DNA of 64,000 bases from Asterias rubens (taxonomy: Eukaryota), in the NCBI RefSeq assembly GCF_902459465.1, contig NC_047067.1, positions 20,584,001 to 20,648,000 on the forward strand. Reading direction: 5' to 3'. The position numbers and the translations under genes are program-made. Below are positions 37,207 through 47,800 of the stretch, one piece after another; position 1 is the stretch's first letter; each line of letters begins with the position of its first letter. The notes beneath the pieces are model-generated. The model was not told the DNA's origin. It worked only from the letters and a program-made list of their open reading frames with translations, and did no database searches.

Positions 37207-38255
37207 TGTGTCTAGCTCAATATAGATTTGCAATTCCCAACGAAATCTTGCCTCGGTGTCGTTAGTTTTCAATCTGCACGTGGGAACAACAGTAAAAAAA
37301 AAAATTCAATGTCAACTGGAAGAACGTTGGTCGTGCTTAATTCTCACTTATATGCCATATGGGAACTGTTTGACTCGTAGTCATATTACCGCATATGTAC
37401 AACATAAAAATACATTTTAGTAAAAGATACATTTTAGTAAAAGATAACAGAATACACCGCACAGGTCTAGCTAGCCATTTGCAATTTCATTTGACAGTTA
37501 GCAGCCCCCCCCCCCTCACTTTTAATTTTATCATAATCATATATGGTATGGTTGGGCCTATAAAACATCACAATTGACCCAGCAGTTATTTACTCCCTTT
37601 TTATCATTTAATAAAGTTTATAAATAAACATGTGCGTTGTCGTTCAGACTCGTATCGTATCGTATCGTATCGTACTGCCCATGCATGATATGTTGTGATG
37701 GATGTCGTACTCGTTCGTACCGTAGAGGTAGGTAGCTAGTAAACCGCAGATGTCAACATTTTCCAGAATGGAGTTATACCTGGGTCTAACTTAGCAACAT
37801 TTCTAACCGGACTTCGGTGAGAAAAGATCATGGTAAGATGGACAGGCTTATGTAGTTTGTACTTACGAAATAAAGACCAGTTTGTTGGGATTTCCGCCTA
37901 TCTGGCTGTAACTTATTATCTGACACGTAACGTTTTACATACAGTCATATCAGTTTTTGTGAATCTCCACTATAGCGCCCTCAAGTGAGTAAAATTTCAA
38001 GACGACACTGTACAGCCTGATTAGAAATGACTGCCCAATTTGAAATAAAAAGGTTTTCTGATGGAAGAAAATGAGGGAAAATATTGAAATAAAAGACACG
38101 CACTATTCGAAAAAGTCGATTTAGTTCTGTTAATTGAAAACCTGCTGAAAAGGGTGCATTTAATTTGGCCCAGCTTTTTTATTCGCAACCGGGGGGGGGG
38201 GGGGCGTACAAATTTGCAACTGGGACACAAACACCAAACTGCGAGTGATGCCTTT

Positions 38256-38609
38256 TCCAACTGTAGTTGGGTCCCAGTTGGAGCGTTACATTTTGGACGG
38301 TCCAACTATAGTTGGGACTGGGATTGCCTCTATGCATTGTAAGGCCGTGTCCGAAACGACGACTTCGGCTACAGCTACGTCTAGATCAGCGCGTCTACCA
38401 GTGTTGAAGAATAGCAGACGCGCGCGATCTAGCCGTAGCTGTAGCCGAAGTCGCCGTTTCGGACACGGCCTTAAGTACACTGATTTGCTAATTCCTTACC
38501 ATTGTATCCGGATCCTCGCTTGGTGACAGATCTCCGGATCCCAGCTATAGTTGGGCCGTCCCAACTGTAATACCCAAGCTGGGATCAGTCCCAACTACAG
38601 TTGGGACGA
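38256..38609. mobile_element. Older inverted-repeat element (CCAACTGTAGTTGGG family) interrupted by a MITE
   Basis: 38256-38320 aligns with the reverse complement of 38538-38609 (roughly three-quarters identity by eye). Confidence 0.55.
38343..38470. mobile_element. Palindromic PIF/Harbinger-like MITE in the GOSR2-ACAD11 divergent promoter region
   Basis: Same TIRs as 18764-18892; flanks TAA/TTA. Confidence 0.8.
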
Positions 38610-38804
38610 TTGTCAAGTTGGATTACGGATTACGGCTAGCTGGGGACCTTGGTTTGTGTACAAAGTTTCGCTCAATCTGATTGAACTTTGGATGGCAAAT
38701 CAGGTGATGAATGTTATCACGTAGCTACGTACTAGTAGTAGTACTACCAGCATTCAGTTTTAATCGTCTCGGAGCGAGGAGATTGGCCATTTTAAGGTTG
38801 TACA

Positions 38805-41800
38805 ATGGCAGGTACGACTGAAGTCAGAGAGCAACATCGCTTTGATGAGCAGAAATTGCATGACTTCTTGATCAGCAGAGTCCAGGGGTTTCCCCAAAGT
38901 TTATCCAGCTACTTATCTGTACGGCAATTTAGGTGAGTATATTATTATTATAATATAAGTAAACACTCTGCATAACCTATAGGGATTGTGTGCAGTCCAA
39001 GTTTTAACTTTAACTTAAACTTGAGTCATTGCTAGTGTTTACCGCTGTCTTGACACTAACATAACTGCTATCAATAATAATATCATCATCACTTTCAAAC
39101 TATAATTTTTCTAAAGACATACTAGGATTAGGAAGGGCATGTCCTATGAGAAAATGAGTCTTTGTTAATAAGAAGAGTACTTTGATAATTGATTCTTGGT
39201 TACCTCCAAACTACTTTGTTTTTGTTTTGGGAATCCTTATTTTGAAACTATATTATAGGCCTATACTATTTAAGTCTACAAGTTACAATGAAATTGTGAG
39301 GTTTGCAGTTTGCTCAATTGAAAGAACTCCTATAATCCCCCCTATATTTAAATATAAATAGTGGTGATTGCTGTGATCATGCCATACATGCCATATGGAT
39401 CCAGAAATGCTAAATTAGTAGACCTTTTTATTGTATTGAGTATTTTCACAATATGTTTTTATGCTGTCCTTGGTTTTGCAATGTTATCTTTTTAACTGTA
39501 AGTGTAAGGACTTAGTTTGAAGGTAAATCACACACGAGTCACAGTTAATACTTTAACCAAATAAAAATATTTAAAAAGCATTCAGTTGCTGACCTTCCAG
39601 TGTCCATGATGTGTCATATTGCAAGGGTCAATCTGAGGTTAGCTCAACCTTCAACACACTAGCTGCAGGGTAGCCCTGCCTGCAACGGAGCAGTCCAACC
39701 TGGGCTAGCGCCAGGGCTATTATGGTCGTAGCACTATTTCATGTTTCTAAAGTTAGTTCAGAAACAGTAAGTTAGAATGCAGTTTTAAATCTCTAAAAAG
39801 CTGTTTTATAATGTCTTAATCAATCAGTATGCATGCTATAACAAGACTCTAATATAAACTACAATTGTTTTGTTTTACCTGTTGACTTTTTCTCTCCACA
39901 TTTAGCTCCGGTCAGTCCAACCCGACTTTCTTCATCTTCAAAGATGGATGTGAATATGTTATGCGCAAGAAACCACCTGGTCAATTGCTTAAAGGGGCAC
40001 ACCAGGTCAGTTATATCAGTAGCAGAAAGTTATTTATATTTGGTAGTATTATTATTTTATCTTTGCACCTTACTCTTGCTTTTGCCAGTCCTTCGTATTA
40101 AATACTTAAAAGCTACTTTGTGTCGGATGTGAACCTATGCTCATGCACATTCTTAGCATTTGTTTTCTCCTGTACAGACCTCAAGATAAATGGTATACAC
40201 TTCTGTTTTTAGAACGACTTCTTTTTCTCCCCAATAGATTGACCGTGAGTTCCGTGTACAGCAGGCTTTACATAAAGCCAATTTCCCTGTCCCAAGACCC
40301 TTGGTCTACTGTGATGATGAATCTGTCATTGGGACTGCATTCTATGTCATGGAACATGTTCAGGTTAGTCAAGTACTAAGGCTTTTGCCAAAGCACTGGG
40401 ACCTGATAGTGATATTACAGATGCTATAAGCAATACACCCGCCTTAGCAAATTTGACAATGAACTTATCACATGAACCAGTTTTTACAAATTTTGTTTAT
40501 ATGTTTTTGGAAGCAGTAGCTTGTTTGTGTTCAGTAAAGCATTTGTTGCCGCTTTGTTTGTTACTGCCACCAGTAAGTTTGTTTACTGAAACAATGCACA
40601 GGAGCCATAACCAATTGCATAGAAACTTGCCCATAATGGGCACGGAGGGATTAAAAGTCAATTTGTGTACAAACAGACTATAAATCTGTTTTCTAGAATG
40701 TATATTATTACAAATTTATGCACGTGGTTGAGGGAAAGTTTGGTCATTCAGTTCAGATCTAACTACAGTATTCCTACATTCTTAGGGTCTTATCTTCAAG
40801 GAAAGTTTGCTCATTCAGTGCAGATAACAGTATTCTTCCATTCTTAGGGTCGTATCTTCAGGGATGTCACCCTGCCTGATATGAGTCCATCAGAGCGGTC
40901 TGCTATCTATGATGCGATGAATGAGGTCCTGGCTCGTCTACATTGCTTAGACTGGAGGAAGATGGGACTACAGGGCTATGGTAAAGACAGCAACTACTGT
41001 GGACGTCAGGTAAGCACTATGACAACAGCTACTCCACCTGTCATGTAGTTGTTTACAGTTCACTCTAGATTGGTGCAAATATTGGGAGGCATCAGACTTA
41101 TCAAGTAGATCAATTGTTAATCAGGTGTGTTTTCATGGCCATACCTTTGTAAACATGAGAAACTAGTGCCTGTTGTGTTTGCTGCTACCTAATCATGTCA
41201 TAAAGTCTCTTATTGGTTCTAACGGTACAGGTTTTCCCAATGCCTTGTCTAGAGTTACTGTAAAGTCATAAGTTGAATGAGAAGTAATTGTGAACTGTTC
41301 TTTGTTGGGATATCTGAATATCTTTTGTTGTAATAAGATAAAATGTGATAAAATTTCATGTTGGGCGTCCAAACACCTATCTTCTTAACACCATGCTGAT
41401 ACATCAGTACATTGCAAAGTGTTTACACACCCGTATAGACCATTGTTTCACCATTTATTGTATGTATTGGATCATTCCTATACATGTACCTGGGTGTGAC
41501 ATACATTGACTTTACTTTAAGTGGTACTGGTGTTTCTAAAATTTGTGAGTGAAATAAAATGGTTTAAAGAGCAAAACTATCTAAAGTACTTGACATGTAG
41601 TGAACAAAATAAATAACTGACTAATTTGTCTTGACAGATTAACACTTGGAACAGGCAGTTTATAGGTGCTACAAAGCTAGCCTCCCTTCCAGAGAACCAT
41701 GCAGCTCAGCAGCTTGTTCAGTGGTTGATGGACAACAAACCAACGACTGCAGAGAAGACTACCATTGTCCATGGAGACTTTCGGTTGGACAACATCATAT

Positions 41801-44800
41801 TCCATCCAACACTGGTCAGAATTCACTTTGTCTATTGTTTCTTAAAACCAAAATGTCCAAGATGTAAATGCAAAATAATGTCCACAAAGCGAATGTATTT
41901 ATTCCCTGCCCATTTCCCAGCTCTCCAGGGGTGGATTTCACAAAGAGTTAAGACTAGTCTTATCTCGAGTTAGGACAAGTTACTTGTCCTACTTCGAAGA
42001 CAAGCATTCTCTCTCTGGATGACACACAGTGCTGACAAGTTTAGTTGTAACTCTTTTATTGTGTCTGTTTGATTCAGCCTAAAGTAATAGCAGTCTTAGA
42101 TTGGGAGTTATCTACTCTTGGTGAACCACTGACTGATGTTGGATATGCCTGCATGCTGTACCATTACCCTCAAGACATGCCGATTCATCTTATCAACCCA
42201 AACCGTAAGCAGCTTCTTAAACTTCTAAGAAACATCTTAAGATCTACCGGTTGTCACTTGCCGAGATAATCATGTTTAGTTTACTCTACAAAAACTGGAA
42301 CTTTCTCTTTAAGTCACCCTCCTTAACTGTATGCTGTAGTTTACTGTTTGTCATGTTGATATTGTACAGAGAAACAGTTTTCAAGTCTGGAGAGTTTGGC
42401 TGGCATTCCTGATGAGCATTCATTCTTAACATCTTACTGCCAGCGTTGTTTGTTGCCTTACCCACTACCTGACTGGAACTTCTATCTGGCTCTTTGTTTC
42501 TATAAAATGGCTTCAATTGGTCAGGTGTGTACTGCTGTTTCTGTGTAACTTTCTTAGGGCATTTTTACTGAAATGCGCCCTTGAACAGGCTGCTCCTGGA
42601 GAGAGCGTAATATAAATTCAATAAATTATTATTATAATTATTATTTATTGGTTTTGATTGTTTCAGTATCCTGTGACAACAACTTAACTGAAAAACTTTA
42701 TAGCTTTTTTGATTTTGAGATAACGGTGAACATGTCTTCTTGAAACTCGGAAGTAGTGGTTCTAAGATAAATAAGAAGTGAGATCAGCCTCGAGGAACAG
42801 AGTACAGGGTTCCGCTCACTGTCAATACAGTGCCGCTAAATGTGACTTGGGATTGTTTTGTTCAACTCTCATACAAACAACCAGGGAATTTTTTTTTAAG
42901 AACTAAAAAGATATATGGAAAGTTAGTATTTTTACAGAGTCTACAACGTGAAGTTCAGATTCAAAATAAAGATTTACAAGTTATTCATGTAAGAAATGAA
43001 TACTGTTCATTTTTTGTTTCAAGGGAGTTTATTGTCGTGCTGTTCTTGGGAATGCAAGTTCATCATTTGCCAGTAATTTTGATGATGTTGTAAAGGTCAT
43101 GCTCAACACTGGACTGAAGCAGACAGCGAGGTACGGCTAATAAATAAAAGTCTTTTGACGTTCTAAGGCTGGTACCAATTGCACAAAAACTGTATACCGA
43201 TACACAAAGTATAGACAAATTAAAGATGCTATGTCAGATTTTTGGCCCCAAACTTAAAAAAATATATTTCTTTGAGTGAATGGTATTGCAAAGAGTATCA
43301 CCCACTCTAACAAAAAAAAGTTTAACTTTCACTTTTAATGGTCAGGAACCATGACAAAAATTTAAAACGTTTCTTATAAAACACATAAGAATTGGTCACG
43401 TGATATATTGTCGGGATCCCAACAAAAACTAATTTTGAGGACTTTATTTCACTGCTACTAATAATTGGCGGACTTTTTCGAGCAATGGCTCAAATGAAAG
43501 CTTGTAACTTTCTCGACCCCCATCAAAATACCTATTGAATTTTAAATCAAAATTTGTTGGTCAAATCGGCCAAAAATCTGACATAGCATCTTTAAACTAG
43601 CAGAAACAGAGTATCAGCCAGTGCCATAAAGTTTACATTATTGCGACTGGTTCACCACTTAAATTTTCATATGTTTATGTTACTCAATTTGGCTACCAGT
43701 GCAGCACACTCATAAGGAATTGATATTGTTTCAGAAAACTTCAGACCTGATGAACAGGGAAAATAGTACTTTGAAAAGGTCTATGGTTCATGAGAAAGCC
43801 GTATTAGAAAAACAGACAACTGATGATTATAAAAATTTTTATATTTTATATAAACCTGTTTGTTTGTTTGTTTGTTTGTTTGTTTGTTTGTTTCGATAAT
43901 GTGTAGCAGGACTGACGATAGTGTTGTATTTGCCAAACCATCCTCATCTCTGATGTTGGAGATGCAGCCAGTGTTAGAATCTCAACCATTATCACACCGA
44001 GCTAAAGACGTCCTCCAGAAGGTTCAAGACTTTGTTAAGAATGAAGTCCTTCCGGCTGAAGAGGTGAATCAAACTAATCAATCCTTAAGTAGGTCAGTCA
44101 TGCAGGGTTTGAAAAACCCAGGGAACCACTGGCCAGAGTCCTGTCATTTTAAGGCACAAGCAGAGCTGCCAACCTGTGCAGATTTTCCCGTCAGTTTCAA
44201 ACGATGATTTTTGGGGTTGAACAAAGAATTGACTAGAGTGGGATTCCAACCAACGACCTCTGGATTAACGTGCCGGCGCTCTACCAACTCAGCTATCTAG
44301 CCCTATATTGGTGGTGTCCCTCGTTTGTCAATATCTTTGTAACGTGAGCGCCGGCACGTTAATCCGGAGGTCATTGGTTTAAATCCCACTCTAGTCAATT
44401 CTTTGTTCAACCCCAAAAATCATTCCAAATTTCACCCAGTCAGTTTCCCTTGTGTTTATAGTAGTTTCAAATGATACAAGACTTTGGAATGCTATTAAGG
44501 TGGCATCAGATGACATCCATTGTTTGCATAGTTCTAATTCCACATGCTGCCGACTTCTATCTCCAATCACTCATTAAAGGATCATTACAGAATTGGTTTT
44601 TGCTAACAAAACAGTTGCTGACAGTAAGCACTTTATGTAATCCACCATATACATAAACTGACAAACCTGTAGAAGTTTGTGACCGATCAGCCATCTGGGC
44701 CACAAGAAAAGAGTAAAAAAACGATTACACATTTTGCATGACATCGATTTAAAAAGAAGAAAAAACGCTCACTGAGCGACAAACTCCCAACGGGAATTCA

Positions 44801-47800
44801 ATTTTATTTATTTCTCATAAAATATGACATTTCAGACAGAATATTTCAAGGGATGTTTTCTACTATCATCATCATTAGACTGTATAAGTTTTATGTAAAT
44901 TTGTGATCTTAGACAAGTTTTTTTCTTACAAATTCTGTATTATTCCTTTAAGTGAAATATAAATCGTCATCAAGCTAACATCTCTTGGACTCTTCTTTTG
45001 TTTGTACTATATTAAGATATACCTCTCCCAAGTGCATAGTGGAGCATCTATCTGGTGTGAACCTCCCATCATGGAGGAGTTGAAGACAAAGGCCAGGGCC
45101 CAAGGACTTTGGAATCTCTTCCTACCAGCGCAGAGCGGGTTTGGTCAACTTGAATATGCCTTCATGGCTGAGGCTATGGGACAATCATTCATTGGTTCAG
45201 AGCCATTCAACTGCAGTGCTCCAGGTAGGAATTGTAGCAGTTACATGTAGTCACAGTCATGTCAAAGTATTTTTATTTTTTTATTTTTGGATGCAAGTCG
45301 CCAGACACACAGGGCCTGAAGGCCACTTCAAGGTGCGGGCTACAATTATTTTATTAAAGAGGCCGTTGCCACCTACTCCTAGGGCTGAAACAGGGTTACC
45401 CCTTTACAGTCCATATGTATGTAGGCTTGGGTATCATCCATCAGAAGCCTGGCTGGTGGAGCAGAAAGCACGACCTCCCCAACTTTCAAAGCAATCATGG
45501 TTAAGTGTCTTGCTTAAGGACACAAGTGTCATGACTGGGACTCGAACCCACACTCTGCTGATCAAACACCAGAGCTTGAATCCGATGCTCTTAATTGCTA
45601 TGCCACGACACGCCATAGTTTAATAACAGATGTTTGAAGCTTTGCATAGTGTGGAAAATAACAAGGAACTGTAACTAGTAAACTGTTGAAAGCGACTACA
45701 ACCTTTGGTTTCCAAGGTCCATTTGCTTCGGTCACGGTATTATCTTTAGTTCTCATGTACATTGCTTTAACTTTGTGATGGAGTCGCATTTTCACAACTT
45801 TTACCGGACTAACCAACCTTCCCCACACCCTGAATCGAAAGGAATAATCAACCCAGTGCTAACTTAATTTGCCAATAGTTTGTTCTATTGATTCTTACAC
45901 TAGGAATTTCAAAACATCTTTTAAAGTCATCCCAGCCTCTGACCTTACTCTCACATATCATAACTGCAGGTAGAACAATGAAAAGGGTCTTTAGTCAGGA
46001 TGCTTTTCAAATGTAGATTTCTTTGTTTGGTAAACTGCAGATACTGGTAATATGGAGGTTTTACACCTTTATGGAAATGAAGCACAGAAGAAACGATGGT
46101 TAGAGCCACTACTGGATGGAACACTCAGATCCTGCTACTGTATGACAGGTAAACGTCATAACAACTTGTGTTTAGTTTAGAAAAGAATTTGTTTTGACTA
46201 GTGATTTGTTTGTTCATCACTGCATTGTTGTGGTGCATTCAAAAGAGTTAATACCTGACTGAAGTTAATTTCATCTTGGAAATATGCTTTGTTCTCTGAC
46301 GAATGTCGGATGCCAGACTTTCAGCTGCTATTATTTACTTTTCATTTGAACTTTTGTTTTAGTGTTATGGGCATTATGCAGTACTTTTATGAAAAAGATA
46401 CTACGAAACAAGTCACAGAGAAAACAGTGACGGACAACTACAATGGTTAACTCAAACCAAAAGTTGTTGATACACAAGAACTATACATTGATTTGCTTGA
46501 GTTTCCTTGTTCAGGTAAACCATTTTGATTTTCTTAAGTTTCTTTGTTCAGGTCAAACCTTTTACATCCCTGTATTTTGCAGAGCCACAAGTGGCTTCAA
46601 GTGATGCTACCAATATGGAATGTTCCATTGTGAAAGAAGGGGATACCTATGTCATCAATGGCCGGAAATGGTGGAGTAGTGGTAAGTTGTTCATGCCAAG
46701 TCATTTTTCAAGAACCACCTCCCCTCCCCCCCACCCTCGATTTGTTTTTTGAGGGGGTTCTGTTATATATATTGCCTAACATCACAAGGCCGGAGGGCCA
46801 CTTCAAGTTGAGGTCTACACTTAACTGATTTGGGCTGTTGACCCAAATCGACTGTCACCAGGAACACGTTGCTACCTACTCCTGTGGCTGAAACAGGGTT
46901 GCCCCTTCACAGTCTGTAAGGTTGTAGGCAAGGGTATCAACCACTAGGAGCCTTGCTGGTTGAGCAGAATCCTTGTTGTGGGAGGTAATACTTAACTCAT
47001 AAGATTTATGCCAATCCTAAGTTTTCAAGAGTTGCCAGAGCTACTTTGTTACAAGGGTCTTCTGTTTTAGCTAAATGGTCCAGGAATTTCACATTGACAA
47101 ATAATCTTAAGACCTGTGATAATGATGACATTGACAATTCAAAGATTAATTTTGATTCCTTAATCCGAGCTGAAGAATCCCCAAACTAAATAATGCCTGC
47201 ATGTGTGATCCACTTAATCAGTTCGAAAAGTAAAATCAAGCGATTTGAAAAGTTACCTGTTTGATTTTATCTTTTTCTAGGTGCTGGTGATCCACGCTGC
47301 AAGGTTGCTATATTAATGGGACTCACTCCTAACAAGAACAAATCCAGGTCTGTAAAAATGTACCATATTTCTTTTTTCCTTAAGTTTTAAATTTCACTGA
47401 CATACTGACATATCAATTTGTTGTGATTGTTTGTGTTAGATGTTTGAAGTCAAGTTTGTCAAACACTTACAATGAGCCATTCTTTTATTATGACACATGG
47501 GGTCGATTTCACAAAGATAGTCCTAACTTGGGACTAGTCCTAGGAGTTATTAAAAAACTCAAGGCTAGTCCTAACTTAGGACAAGTTACTCTTGTTAACT
47601 CAAGATAAGACTAGTCTTAACACTTTCTGACCTCCAACCCTGATGAGAAGGAGTGTGCCAGAACTAACTGCCCTCTTGCTTAATTTGTCTGAACTCCAAC
47701 CCTGATGAGAAGGAGTGTGTCAGAACTAACTGCCCTCTTGCTTGAACTCCAACCCTGATGAGGAGGAGTGTGCCAGAACTAACTGCCCTCTTGCTTAATT

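Noticed and set aside
44204-44423. Functional tRNA genes (also the heads at about 1240, 32500, 45600)
   Set aside because: No complete acceptor stem or cloverleaf, and all are embedded in repeat bodies.
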